From contig CAVQSP010000013.1 of NCBI GenBank assembly GCA_963715985.1, positions 160,001 to 224,000 on the forward strand: DNA of 64,000 bases, in the 5' to 3' direction. Shown piece after piece: positions 11,395 through 22,985 of this stretch. Within the stretch, counting starts at the first letter, position 1. The number at the start of each line of letters is the position of its first letter. The DNA comes from an uncultured Thermoleophilia bacterium. Its GTDB lineage: Bacteria; Actinomycetota; Thermoleophilia; UBA2241. The notes below the pieces were generated by a model. The model saw only the letters and a list, made by a program, of their open reading frames with translations. It did not search any database and was not told where the DNA came from. A program made the translations under genes and the position numbers.

Positions 11395-11574
11395 CCTTCA
11401 TCCGCCCTGGCTGCACGCACTGCGGGTCACGCCCCCGCGAGCCGCCACCCCCGGCGCGGATCGAATCACCCGAATGGGGGGAGGCAGGCTTGCAGCCCGC
11501 CGCCGACACTGGAGTTGTTTCAGGCGAAGACCCGAGGGACAAGACCCATGTGACGGACGAATGGAGGGGCATTC

Positions 11575-12777
11575 GTGGAAGCCGTCTCGAACATGACGGC
11601 GGCGGAGGATGCGTTGCGGCAAGCACGGACGTGCCCCGCGGTAGTCCCGCTGCCGCCAGCCTCCTGGCCGGGCGACCCGAGCGCCGCGTCGCCGGCGACC
11701 TGCCGGCCGCCGAATCTGGACGGCGTGTCTGCGTGCGCGCTTTCCGCGAGCAGCCTGATCGCCGCAGACGCCTTCGGACTCGCCAGGCTTCGTGACGCGA
11801 TCCGCACGGCTCGCTCGGTCGACGATCTGGCCAAGAAGGTCGTCGCCATGCCGGCGCTGTTCGTCGAGCTGGTAGATGCAGGTCTTCAGGCGCCGACCCT
11901 CACACGGGTGTACACGGCCTTGGGCGACGCGGTGACCTCACGCCTGATCGAGTTGAACATCACGCATCGCGGCACTCCTCCAGTGGCCTTCGCGTGGCTC
12001 GCGTTCGGCAGCGCCGGGCGCCACGAACTCTCCCTGTTCTCCGACCAGGACAACGGTCTCGCGTACGAGGACACCCGCGACCCCTCCGTGGACGAGTACT
12101 TCTTGCAGCTCGCCATCGATGTCAACGATGGTCTGAGCCGCTGCGGCTTTCCGCTCGATCCTCACGGCGTGCTGGCCACTGGCCGAGAGTGGCGCATGCA
12201 GGCGTCCGACTGGGTCGCAGTGTTCGCCGATTGCCTGAGATGCTGGGACGGCGAACGGCTTCTTCGGGCGGCCATCTGCTTCGACGTCCGCCAGGTGGCC
12301 GGCGACCTCTGGATAGTCCCCCGGCTGGACGCCGTCATCAGTCGGGCGCCCGGCTACTCGCGCTTCCTCAGCGGATTGGCCGAACTGGGCGCTGAGATCT
12401 CCTCCCCTCTCCGCTTTCCTCGCCGACTGAAGGGTCCCGTCGACCTCAAGTGGCGAGGCCTGCTCGTCGTGCAGAACCTCGCGCGCTACTACGCCTGCGC
12501 GGCTGGGCTGACGCCGTCGTCAACCGTCGATCGTCTGGCCGCGGTCGGGGAGGCGGGGGCCAAAGGCAGCGATGTGGCCGAGGCGCTGCGCGAGGCATAC
12601 GTCACCATGGCCGGCCTGCAGTCGCGCCACCAGGCCGAGATCCTCCGTCGGGGCGGCTCGCCGGACGAGCCGCTGGATACCGCGAGGCTCGACCCGGAGA
12701 GCAGGGCGAGCCTGCAGCAGGCCCTGCGTCAGCTCGCATCCGTGCAGGAGCGGCTCCCGCGACGAGTCGCGCTGTGA
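11575..12777 (+). CDS. Putative nucleotidyltransferase (DUF294 + DUF294_C)
   Basis: FAWLAFGSAGRHELSLFSDQDNGL, CFDVRQVAGD, VDLKWRGL, STVDRL. Confidence 0.8.
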   Translation: MEAVSNMTAAEDALRQARTCPAVVPLPPASWPGDPSAASPATCRPPNLDGVSACALSASSLIAADAFGLARLRDAIRTARSVDDLAKKVVAMPALFVELVDAGLQAPTLTRVYTALGDAVTSRLIELNITHRGTPPVAFAWLAFGSAGRHELSLFSDQDNGLAYEDTRDPSVDEYFLQLAIDVNDGLSRCGFPLDPHGVLATGREWRMQASDWVAVFADCLRCWDGERLLRAAICFDVRQVAGDLWIVPRLDAVISRAPGYSRFLSGLAELGAEISSPLRFPRRLKGPVDLKWRGLLVVQNLARYYACAAGLTPSSTVDRLAAVGEAGAKGSDVAEALREAYVTMAGLQSRHQAEILRRGGSPDEPLDTARLDPESRASLQQALRQLASVQERLPRRVAL

Positions 12778-12945
12778 GGGTGCGGCGCCCGAGGTGCCGC
12801 CGGCTGCTCGCGCAGGCGGGCTCCCTCGCCCGCCCTCACGAAGCGCTCATCCTGGCTGAACACCTCGCTCGCGGGACGTGACCGCGGCCGCGGCCTGGGT
12901 GTATAAGGAGGCTCGGCGCAGGCACCGACGAGGAGGGCCGGACGG

Positions 12946-13890
12946 GTGAGCATCGTCGAGGTCCAGGAGTTGCGAAAGCAGTACGACCCGCCCAAGGGTG
13001 TGCTGGCCGTCGACGGTGTCAGCTTCGACATCGCCGAGGGCGAGATCTTCAGCCTCCTCGGCCCCAACGGGGCGGGCAAGAGCACGACCATCTCGATGCT
13101 CTCGTGCCTTCTGCACCCGAGCGGCGGCGACGCGCGCGTGGCCGGGAACTCAGTGGTCAGCGACGCCCAGGCGGTCAAAGAGGTCATCGGCGTCGTCCCG
13201 CAGGACATCGCCCTGTACCCGGACATGAGCGCCCGCGAGAACCTCGTGTTCTGGGGCAGGATGTACGGCCTGTCGGGCGCCGCGTTGCAGACCAGGGTCG
13301 ACGAGGTGCTGGAGCTCATCACGCTGGTCGACCGCCAGAAGGACCGCGTGGAGAAGTACTCCGGGGGCATGAAGCGCCGCGTCAACATCGGCGTCGCTCT
13401 GCTGCACAAGCCCCGCGTGCTGTATCTGGACGAACCCACGGTGGGGATCGACCCGCAGAGCCGGCGGTCGATCCTCGACGGGATCCTCGCACTGCGCGAC
13501 CAGGGGATGACGATCCTCTACACCACGCACTACATGGCCGAGGCGCAGGAGCTCAGCGACCGCGTCGGCATCGTGGACCACGGCAAGATGATCGCCGTCG
13601 GCACCAACGACGAGCTCGTCAAGATCGTCGGCGAGGCGGCTCACATCGAGCTGCGCACCGACCACCGCCTGGACGCCATGGTGGAGCGCTGGGCAAAGGT
13701 CGAGGGCGTGAACAACGCGACGGTGGACGAGGACCACGCCGTGCTCCTCGCCCACGACGCCGACCAGGTCCTGCCGCGGCTCTTCGAGGCGGCGGCCGCG
13801 GACGGCACGCGCATCACCGAGGTCAACGTCACCGAGCCCAACCTCGAGATGGTCTTCCTGCATCTCACCGGCCGGGCCCTCAGAGAATGA
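12946..13890 (+). CDS. ABC exporter ATP-binding protein (DrrA-like)
   Basis: Walker A GPNGAGKS, signature YSGGMKRR, LYLDEPTVGIDP, TTHYM. Confidence 0.95.
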   Translation: MSIVEVQELRKQYDPPKGVLAVDGVSFDIAEGEIFSLLGPNGAGKSTTISMLSCLLHPSGGDARVAGNSVVSDAQAVKEVIGVVPQDIALYPDMSARENLVFWGRMYGLSGAALQTRVDEVLELITLVDRQKDRVEKYSGGMKRRVNIGVALLHKPRVLYLDEPTVGIDPQSRRSILDGILALRDQGMTILYTTHYMAEAQELSDRVGIVDHGKMIAVGTNDELVKIVGEAAHIELRTDHRLDAMVERWAKVEGVNNATVDEDHAVLLAHDADQVLPRLFEAAAADGTRITEVNVTEPNLEMVFLHLTGRALRE

Positions 13891-13960
13891 CCGCCGTAGG
13901 CGGATCATCGTCGGGTGCGCGGCACGTGCACTCGACTGTAAGGGACCACCCCAGCCCGCC

Positions 13961-15220
13961 GTGAGCCGCGTCCTCGCCATCGCGCTCAAAGACCTGCGCA
14001 GCACGTACCGCAACGTGCCCGCGCTGGCGATGATGCTGGCTGCCCCGCTGGCGCTCTCGGCGCTGCTGGGCTTCGCCTTCGGCGGGGCCGGCAACGGGTT
14101 CTCCGTGTCCGCCACCAAAGTGGCCGTCGTGAACCTCGACCGCCCGCCGGCCGGCTCCGGTCAGCAGGCCGCCGCGGGCGCGACGATCGCGGGCATCCTC
14201 GGCAGCGACGGCCTCAAGGACATCCTCACGGTGAGCAAGATGTCGTCCGCCGAGGCGGCCCGCAAGAGCGTGGACGACGGCAAGGACGTTGTGGCCGTCA
14301 TCATCCCGCCGGCACTCAGCGAGGTGTTGTACGGCACCAGCGAGACGGCGAAGGCGGTCATCGAGCTGTATCAGAACCCGACGCAGGGCATCGGCGACGC
14401 CATCACGCAGAGCGTCGTCGGCCAGTCCCTGCTGCTGTTCAACGGCGCCCGCGCCGCGGCGCTGGCGGCACAGGGGGTGGCCACCGCCAACGGCGACGCC
14501 CAGGGGGCGGGCGCGGCGGCGCAGAAGGCCGCGGCCGCCTACGTGCACGCGCAGGAGAGCGGGTCCGGCGGGTTGACCGTGGCGGTGCGCCCGCCCGAGC
14601 TCGCCGGCGGCAAGGCGTCCAAGGACATCGGCGTCACCGGCCTCGTGCTGGCGGGGATGATGGTCTTCTTCATGTTCTTCGGCGCCTCCAACGTGGCCAG
14701 GACCATCCTCACGGAGGAGCGCGACGGCACACTGCCGCGCCTCTTCACCACGCCGTCCTCGCGGCAGGTCATCCTGGGCGGCAAGTTCATGTCCACGTTC
14801 CTCACGGTGCTGGCACAGGCGGTCATCATCATCATCGCCGGACGCCTGATCTTCGGCATCGACTGGGGGGCGCTGGACGCCGTGGCGCTGCTCATCCTCG
14901 TGGCCGCTGCGGTGGCCGCCAGCCTGGGACTGCTGGTGATCTCCGTCGTGCGCACGCCGGCCCAGGCGGGTGCCATCGGGGCCGGCGTCTACCTGGTGCT
15001 GGCGCTCGTGGGCGGCAACTTCACGGGCACCGCCCAGACCGGCACCACCTACGCCACCATCCAGCGGTTCTCGCCCAACGGCTGGCTCCTGATCGGGTGG
15101 AACGAGACCATGCGAGGAGGAGGCATCGGCGACATCCTGCTCCCGCTGCTGATCCCGCTCGCGTTCGCCGTGGTGTTCTTCGCCATCGCGGTGCTCAGGT
15201 TCCGGAGGCGGTTCGCGTGA
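13961..15220 (+). CDS. ABC-2 type permease
   Basis: N-terminal TM, large extracellular loop, EERDGTLPRL, GGKF, C-terminal TMs. Confidence 0.9.
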   Translation: MSRVLAIALKDLRSTYRNVPALAMMLAAPLALSALLGFAFGGAGNGFSVSATKVAVVNLDRPPAGSGQQAAAGATIAGILGSDGLKDILTVSKMSSAEAARKSVDDGKDVVAVIIPPALSEVLYGTSETAKAVIELYQNPTQGIGDAITQSVVGQSLLLFNGARAAALAAQGVATANGDAQGAGAAAQKAAAAYVHAQESGSGGLTVAVRPPELAGGKASKDIGVTGLVLAGMMVFFMFFGASNVARTILTEERDGTLPRLFTTPSSRQVILGGKFMSTFLTVLAQAVIIIIAGRLIFGIDWGALDAVALLILVAAAVAASLGLLVISVVRTPAQAGAIGAGVYLVLALVGGNFTGTAQTGTTYATIQRFSPNGWLLIGWNETMRGGGIGDILLPLLIPLAFAVVFFAIAVLRFRRRFA

Positions 15221-15227
15221 GGCCGGC

Positions 15228-16433
15228 GTGAGTCGCATCTGGATACTCGCCCGCAAGGACTTCCTCGAGACGCGCCGGGACCGCCTGGCGTTCCTGTTCA
15301 TCTTCGTGATGCCGATTGCGTTCACCGCCTTCTTCGGCCTGATGTTCGGGGGCGGCAGCGACCGTCTGCCGCTCGCCGTGTGGAGCGGCGATGCCGGGCC
15401 TGCCGCCAAGCAGCTGCTGAACGCCGTGGAGAGCTCGGACGTGGTCGTCGTGCGCCGCATGACGCGCATGGACGCCGAGCAGGCGGTGGCCGACAGCAAA
15501 GCGGCGGCGGCGCTCGAGATCCCGGCGGGGTTCTCCGACGCCGTGAGCGCCGGCAAGCCGGCCACTGTGACCGTGGTCGGCGTGACCGGCTCCACCGGCG
15601 CCCAGACGGCGCAGACGGAGATCACGGCGCTCGCCGGTCAGGTGGTGGCCGGCGAGCAGGCGGCGCAGGCGGCCGTGGACGCCGCCGGCTCAAGCGCCCT
15701 TCAGCAGGGTCAGGCGAGCGCGGCCCAGCTGCGCGAGGCCGCGCTCCTCATGGCGCGCCCGCTCGCGTCACAGGCGCTCGCCCATCCGGCCGCCACGATC
15801 CGCGTGGTGCAGGCCGGTGCGGCCGCCGGTCAGGTGCCCTCGGGCTTCGTGCTCAGCTCGCCCGGCATGCTCATCAACTTCATCCTCTTCAGCCTGATGA
15901 CGGCCGGCATCGCCCTCGTCCAGGAGCGCAAGAACTTCACGCTGGAGCGCCTCATGACGACGCACGTGCGACGCTGGGAGCTCATCGCCGGCAAGGTCGC
16001 GGGCATGTTCGTCCTGACCTTCGTCCAGCAGATCATCCTCATCGCCGTCGGCCAGCTCCTCTTCGGGGTGGACTACCTGCGTGACCCCGCGGCACTGCTG
16101 CTCATGATGATCGCCCTGTCGTGTGTGGCCTCGACGCTGGGACTGCTGCTGGCCGCCCTGCTCAAGTCGGAGCAGGCGCTGGTCGCCGCCGTGGTGCTCA
16201 CCTCCATGGCCGTGGCGGCCCTCTCCGGCGCCTGGTTCCCGCTGGAGATCACCGGCTCGGCCTTCCAGTTCGTCGGGCACCTGCTGCCCACGTCGTGGAT
16301 CCTGGACGGCATGCGCGGCATCATCATGCGCGGCTTCGGGGTGGCCGACGTGCTGCCCGCTTTCGGCTTCGCCCTGGCCTGGACGGTGGTGCTGTTCGCG
16401 GTCGCCGTCTGGCGCTTCCGTCTCACCGATTGA
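15228..16433 (+). CDS. ABC-2 type permease
   Basis: QERKNFTLERL, AGK, LSGAWFP, LLPTSW; same architecture as the upstream permease. Confidence 0.9.
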   Translation: MSRIWILARKDFLETRRDRLAFLFIFVMPIAFTAFFGLMFGGGSDRLPLAVWSGDAGPAAKQLLNAVESSDVVVVRRMTRMDAEQAVADSKAAAALEIPAGFSDAVSAGKPATVTVVGVTGSTGAQTAQTEITALAGQVVAGEQAAQAAVDAAGSSALQQGQASAAQLREAALLMARPLASQALAHPAATIRVVQAGAAAGQVPSGFVLSSPGMLINFILFSLMTAGIALVQERKNFTLERLMTTHVRRWELIAGKVAGMFVLTFVQQIILIAVGQLLFGVDYLRDPAALLLMMIALSCVASTLGLLLAALLKSEQALVAAVVLTSMAVAALSGAWFPLEITGSAFQFVGHLLPTSWILDGMRGIIMRGFGVADVLPAFGFALAWTVVLFAVAVWRFRLTD

Positions 16434-16494
16434 CCACCGAAGGCGGGTCAACGAGGGGGGCGCCGGAGGCTCACGCGCTCACTGGGCGCCGCAC

Positions 16495-16809
16495 TCACTC
16501 CTTGCTGGGCTTGATGCTCGCGTCCTTGGGCAAGGCCAGACCGGCCTCCACCTCGATGGCCTTGATGATCCCGGACGGCACGGGGCAGGCCGGGTGCTGC
16601 AGGTGCTCGGCGGCGAGGCGCAGGGTCTTGGGACCCTCGCCGCGGTACATGATCTCGGTGAACGGGTCCACCTCGGTGAGGTGCTCTGCGAGGCTCTCTA
16701 CGTAGCCGCACTCGGTCTCGAACTCGAGGCGCACGACGCGGCCGTCCTGCATCGTCCTCACCGTGGTGCAGAACCCGCAGATGCCGCTGTCGATCTCGGA
16801 TGACGCCAT
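16495..16809 (-). CDS. Small Cys-containing protein, DUF6951-like
   Basis: IDSGICGF...TEC...HPACPVPSGIIKAIEVEAGLALPKDASI; AGGAGAG RBS. Confidence 0.75.
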   Translation of the reverse strand: MASSEIDSGICGFCTTVRTMQDGRVVRLEFETECGYVESLAEHLTEVDPFTEIMYRGEGPKTLRLAAEHLQHPACPVPSGIIKAIEVEAGLALPKDASIKPSKE

Positions 16810-16870
16810 GTGCTCTCTCCTGTCGTTCCGGCTGGACGCGATTGCCCCATGGTACCCGGCGGCGCGCGTC

Positions 16871-18178
16871 TCACACCCCGCAGAACCGCATCGCGATGAG
16901 CGCCACGGCGCAGGCGGTGTCGACGAGGTCGTGCACGGGCACGCACTCGTTCTCGCGGTGCGCCGTCTCGAATCCGCCGGGGCCGAACGACACCGTCGGC
17001 GTGCCGAAGCGTGTGAAGGTGGCCGCATCGTGCCAGGAGTCCAGAGCCGAGATCCGCCCGGTCCGGCCGATCTCGCCGGCCGACTCCAGAGCAAGGCGCA
17101 CGATCTCGTGGTCGAGGGGGACCTCAGCCGGCGCAGTCTCGGCGATGAACTCCACGGTGATAGGGTGCTCGGCGAGCCAGGGGTCCGTGGCGGCGGCGGC
17201 GTGCAGCCGTGCCGCGATCTCCTCGCGCACGGCCCTGCCGTACCCCGCCGGGTCCAGACGCCCCGGCAGGTACTGGGCGTCGCAGGTCAGCACGCAGCTG
17301 TCCGGGTACGTGACCATCCACTCACCGGCGTGGAGCATGGTCGGGACGATGTCGGGCGGCGCCAGCAGCGTGTGGCGCCCATCGGCGCGGTCGCGCCAGT
17401 CCTCACGCAGCGCGCGGACGGCCCGGAGCAGAGGCTCGACCTTCTCGATGGCGTTGACGGCGCCTCCCTCGCGCCAGCCCGGCTGCGGCATCTCCGCGTG
17501 CCCCGTGCGCCCGGGAACCGTCACGCGCACGTTGATCGTGCCGCGGCAGGCGGCCCACACGTCGAAGCCGGTGGGCTCGCCGCAGATGCCGGCGTCCGCA
17601 GCCACACCGTGCTCGGCCACGCGGAGGCTGCCGGCGCCGCTCGACTCCTCGTCGGTGTCGGTGGCGACGATCACGTCGCCGCGCAGCCGCACGCCCTCGA
17701 CGCGGAGACACTCGAGGACGTGCACGAACGCCGCGATGGAGCCCTTCATGTCGTTGGCGCCACGGCCGTAGAGGAGGTCGCCACGGAGGTCGGCCTTCAG
17801 CGGGTGGCTGTCCCAGCGCTCGAGGTCGCCGTAGGGGACGGCGTCGATGTGCCCGTTCAGCAGGAGCGAACGTCCCCCGCCCGAGCCCTCGACGCGGGCG
17901 GCCAGCTGCGGGCGGCCGGCAAAGTCGAGGTCGTACGGGATGACCGGCGAGTCGCCGGCGACGAAGGGCTCGGGCTCCCAGATATCGATGTCAGCCCCGA
18001 GCACGCGCAGGCGCGCGGCGAGCAGCTCCTGCAGCTTGGCTTCGTCCCTCGCGGGCTCGTCGGCCTCTCTCGCCGTGGTATCGCAGGCGATCAGCTCGCG
18101 CGAGCAGCGCCGACGAGATCATCGCGGCCGGCGCGGATTCGCTCCAGGACGCGTTCTTCGACTCTTCGTCTGAGCCAT
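16871..18178 (-). CDS. M20 family ArgE/DapE-like deacylase (N-terminus frameshifted)
   Basis: LLLNGHIDAVP, YGRGANDMKG, DEE, ICGEPT, GRTGHA, FGPG..AHRENE. Confidence 0.88.
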
Positions 18179-18219
18179 CTAGCCGCGCCTCCACCGTCGT
18201 CCGTTCGCCGGCTCAGCCG

Positions 18220-19944
18220 TCATCCGAAGCCGTAGACGTCACGCGCCTGTGCCGGTGTGATGTAGCCGTCGCGCAGGTCGGCGCGCACGCTGCTCCCGGC
18301 GCGCCGCCGCGGGTCGCCCCAACCGCCGCCGCCGCTCGAGCGCAGCGCGAAGGTGTCGCCGCGCCGCAGCGGCAGGTCCACGCCCTTGCCCGGGGATCTC
18401 GCGCTCCTGCGGACCGCCGGGATCGAGGAGCACGGCGGCCCGCGCCCCGGGGAGTCCGCCTTGGGCGCCCCAGGGGCGCGTCTCCTCCAGCGTCTGGTCG
18501 GCATAGCGCCCGGAGACGGACGCCTCCTCGGCGAGCAGCTGGTACCAGCGTTCGAGTGCCAGCCCGCCGCGGTGTTCGCCGGCGCCGCCCGAGTCGGGCA
18601 CGAGCTCAGTGCGCAGAACGCGCAGCGGCGCCTCCACTTCCAGCGCCTCGGCGGACATCATGGCGCAATTGCCCATGTGCGTGTCGACGGCCGAGATGCC
18701 GTCGCCGCCGACGTGGCCACCCATGCCGCCGCCGACGATGTCGGCGGCCATGTAGGGCTCCCCGCTCTCGTCGTCGAGACCGGTGACGTTGAAGGTAGGG
18801 AAGGAGACCGAGCAGCCGGCGGCGGCGCGCTCGGGGCAGGCCTCGCGCAGCGCCTGCAGCAGCAGGTCCGCGACCTTCTGCTCCGTGAGGTGACGCACGC
18901 TCACCGGCGCCGGGAAGACCGGGTTGAGCAGGCAGCCCTCGGGGACGTGCGTGGTGATGGGCCGGTAGGCGCCCTCGTTCTGCGGTACGTCCGGAGCCGA
19001 TCATGCAGCGCACGGCGTACCAGACCGACGAGATGGTGGACGCCAGCGGGCAGTTGAGGCTGCCCCGCGTCTGCGCAGCCGTGCCCGTGAAGTCGGCGTA
19101 CACGTCGCTGGCGTCCGACCGTGACGGTCGACCTCCAGGCGCAGAGGGCCGTCGCCATACAGGTCGGGGTCCATGAGCCCGACGGCGTGGTAGGTGCCGG
19201 GGCGCATCCGCTCGAGGCCGTCGCGTACCACGGCCTCGGTGGACTCCCACATCCCGGCCATGTGGATCTCGAGGGCGTCGGCGCCGTAACGCTCGCAGAT
19301 CTCGGTGAAGCGCCGCTCGCCTGTGCGGCAGGCTGCGATCTGGGCACGGATGTCGCCGAGCGTCTCCTTGGGCACACGGACGTTGGCGGCGATGATGTCG
19401 AACAGCGCCTCGTTGGGCTCGCCGCCGCGGTAGAGCTTGACGATGGGCAGCAGCAGACCCTCCTGCCAGACTTCCACGGCGTCCGCGGCTTCGCTGGCGG
19501 CCGTCTTGCCGCCCACGTCCATGTGGTGGGCGTTCGTCGCGGCGAAGCCCATGAGCCGGCTCCGCCGCGTACATGGGCATCGCGATATGATGTCGTTGGC
19601 GTGGGTGGCGCCGTGATAGGGGTGGTTGGCGATGAAGACGTCATCCGGCTCGACGCCGCCGACCCCGAACTTGGCGAGGAGGCGCGCCATGACCGACGAC
19701 ATGACGCCGAGCTGGGCGGGCAGGTTCTCCGCCTGGCTGATGAGCTCGCCCTGCGGTCCGAAGATGGCGCACGAGTAGTCGAGCATGTCGTAGATGATGG
19801 CCGAGTAGGCGCTGCGGCGCAGGGCGCGGCTCATCTCCTCGGCCGCGGAGACCAGGCTGCTCGCCACCACCTCGCGGGTGACCGGGTCCGCAGTACCGCG
19901 GCCCGGGCAGCGGCGCCGGCGTTGCCCTGTGGCAGGGCGCTCAC
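18220..19944 (-). CDS. Hydantoinase B/oxoprolinase family subunit (several frameshifts)
   Basis: AEEMSRALRRSAYSAIIYDMLDYSCAIF, H..DVGG, EGLLLP, GGGMGG..DG, DSGGAGEHRGGL, GGGGWGDP. Confidence 0.88.
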
Positions 19945-21995
19945 AGTGCCACCTCTACGACGATCGTGCCGTTCTCGTTCGACGCGGGCGAGGTCGTGCG
20001 GCGGGATCCAGACCGTGGTGTCTAGCTGCTCCACGACGAGCGGGCCGGGGTACGACTCCCCGGCCCTCAGGCGGCCGCGGTCGAGCACCGGCGTGTCCAG
20101 CCAACCCTCGCCGTGCACGTACACGAGCCGCTCCCTGTCCCGTTCGTGGCGCGCGGCGATGCGCTCCTGCCAGGCGCCGCGCGGGACACTGCCGATGCCC
20201 TCCACGCGCAGGTTGACGAGCTGCGTGGGCTCGTCGGCGGAGTGGTGACCGTAGACGCGCTCGTGGGTCTCGTGGAAGCGCGCCACGAGGCGGCCGACGG
20301 CTGCGGCGCCGTCGCTCTCGTCGGCGAGCGGTTCGTCGCAAGGGATGGTCAGCTCGTAGGCCTGCCCGAGAGTAGCGCATGTCGACAGAGCGCCTGAAGG
20401 CGGTGGCCGACGCCGGCACGCCGTCTTCGAGGAGCCGGCGCTCGGCCTCGTCGCGGAGGCTCGCGAAGAGGCGCTCCGCCTCCCGAAGTCGGCGCGGGCG
20501 GTGGGCACGATGAACGAGGCGAGCATGGGATGGCGGATGTCGGCCATGAGCAGCCCCACGGCGGAAGTGATGCCAGGATGGGGCGGCACGATCGACCCGC
20601 GGGATGCTCGCCTCGCGGGCGACGGCGCAGGCGTGCATGGGCCCGGCGCCGCCGAAGGCCACGAGGGCGAAGTCGCGCGGGTCGAGGCCCTTCTGCACGG
20701 TGATCACGCGGATAGCGCCGCGCATGTTGGTGTTGGCCACCGCGATGATGCCGGCCGCGGCCTCCTCGAGCGGGAGGCCGAGCGGTCGCGCGACCTCGCG
20801 CTCCACGGCCTCGCGGGCAGCGGCGGCGTCGAGGCCGAGGTCGCGGCCGAGCACGGTCTCACCGCCAAGCACGCCGACCACGAGGTCGGCGTCCGAGACG
20901 GTGGGCAGCACACCGCCCTTGCCGTAGCACGCCGGTCCGGGCTCGGCGCCGGCGCTCTGCGGCCCGACCTTGAGACTGCCGCCGGCGTCCACGCGGGCGA
21001 TGCTGCCGCCGCCGGCGCCGATGGTCTCGATGTCCACCATGGGCGTGCGCAGCGGGTAGCCTTCGACCTCCTTGAGATGGGCACGGCCGGGCTCCCCGTT
21101 CACCACCGTGGCGACGTCGCAGCTGGTGCCGCCCATGTCGAAGGTGACCAGGTCGCGGTATCCGGCGGAGAGCCCGAAGAAGGTGCCGCCGACGACACCG
21201 CCCACGGGGCCGGAGAGGATCGTATTGACCGGCCGCTCCCGCGTGGTGGCCGCGGTCATGAGGCCGCCGGACGACTGCATCACGTGCAGCCCGGCGGCCA
21301 CACCGCGCTCGTCCAGGCGCTCCTCCAAGCGCCCGATGTAGCTGAACACCGGGCGGATGACGTAGGCGTTGACCGCCGTGGTGCTCATGCGCCAGTACTC
21401 CCGGTACTCCGGGCTGATGACAGACGAGAGCGAGACCATGGCCTCCGGCATGATCTCGGCCGCCAGCTCTGCCAGGCGGCGTTCGTGGGACGGGTTCATG
21501 AAGGAGAACAGCAGGCAGACGGCGAGGGTCTCGACGCCCTCGCCGGCGAGCGCGGTGAGCACGCGGCGCGCCTCGTCCTCGTCGAGCGGGGTGACAACGC
21601 TGCCGTCCGCGGCCACGCGCTCCGTGACCTCCAGGCACAGGCGGCGGGGAACCAGGGCCGGCCGGCGGACCGGGACGACGTTGTAGAGCTCGCGTCGCTG
21701 CTGGGTGCCGATCTCGAGCACGTCGCGGAACCCCCGCGTGGTGATGAGCGCCGTGCGTGCGCCCTTGCCCTCGAGCAGCGCGTTGGTGGCCACGGTCGTG
21801 CCGTGCACGAGGAAGTCGACGTCGGCGCCCGCGCGGCCGGCCTTGTCCACGACCTTCATCACGCCGTCGGTGAAGGCGATGGACTGATCGCTGACTGGTG
21901 GACGGCAGCTTGTCGACCCAGACCCGGCCGCTGCCGGCGTCGAGCAGGCACACGTCGGTGAACGTACCGCCGACGTCGACGCCAAGCTTCAGCAT
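19941..21995 (-). CDS. Hydantoinase A/oxoprolinase family ATP-binding subunit (several frameshifts)
   Basis: [76 protein letters not shown]; stop overlaps the next start (GTGA). Confidence 0.92.
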
Positions 21996-22212
21996 GCCCT
22001 GCTCTCCATTCGTCTCGGCCTGTCGCACGTGCGCGCGTCCGCGGTGACAGGCTCCGTTCGGAGGTCGTCGGCCGGGGAGACCCGGCCCCGGAATAATCCG
22101 TCTGGACGAATCATTCTCCGCGTTGTAGCATGCCTCTGTCGTTGAGGCAAGGGGGATCGTTGGCAAGGTCCGAGAGGTCCACGCCCTGCGGGGCGCGCGG
22201 AGCGGGATCGAG

Positions 22213-22882
22213 GTGACGGAGGGCTGGGCGCCGAGCTGCCGCCGGCAGCCCGTCATGTCCTCGACGCCGCCAAGCGCATCGTTTCGGAACACGGACTCTC
22301 GGCGCTCACTCTCGACGCGGTGGCCGAGGAATCCGGCATCTACCGGTCGGCGATCCGCTACCACTTCGGCGACAAGGCCGGGCTGGTCTCAGCGGTGATG
22401 GACTCGACGGCACTGACTCCCATCTCGACTCCCTGTTCGCCACCGTGATGGGGGTCGATCGAGGCGCGGGCCGCGTCGAGGCTCACATGGCGGCGCTGAG
22501 AACGGTGTCGACCGACCGGGACCAGTTCCGGCTCTTCTGGTCGCTGCTCCCCCACATCCTGAGCGATACGGACCTTCGCGGGAAGCTGGACGGCTTGTAC
22601 GACGGCTACCGGCGGATCAACACGGAAGCCCTCGGAGTCGAGGCGCGGGCCGCCGGCGACGAGCGTCGTCTGCTCGGGCTGGCGACGCTGCTCACGGCGC
22701 TCTGTGACGGCCTCGGCCTGCTCGTGTGCCTCGGCGACGACCGGGATCCCGGGCGGGCATCGGCGGGGTCGTCTCACGATGCGACCATCGTTGCCGCGTA
22801 CGAGGTCATGGGCGAGATGCTGGAGGCGTACCTGCCGGGACTCATGTCTCTGCCCGCCGCTGCGAGCGACGACGACCCATGA
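22213..22882 (+). CDS. TetR family transcriptional regulator (frameshifted)
   Basis: Alternate frame reads HVLDAAKRIVSEHGLSALTLDAVAEESGIYRSAIRYHFGDKAGLV; C-terminal ALCDGLGL in ORF 22445..22882. Confidence 0.8.
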
Positions 22883-22985
22883 GCGACTCGGCAGGAAGCC
22901 GTCCCGCGGGACGAGCGTCAGCCGTGCGCCGAGGAGGAAGCATCGCGCTCGGGGTGGGTCCATTCGCCAAACAGAAAGGATCGTC

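Noticed and set aside
11440-11570. Possible riboswitch upstream of the DUF294 gene
   Set aside because: No recognisable aptamer consensus by eye; an Rfam covariance search would be needed.
11392-11795. Long C-terminal extension or recoded TGA in the asnB fusion
   Set aside because: The extension looks non-coding, overlaps the next gene, and no SECIS-like context was evident; a near-terminal indel is more likely.
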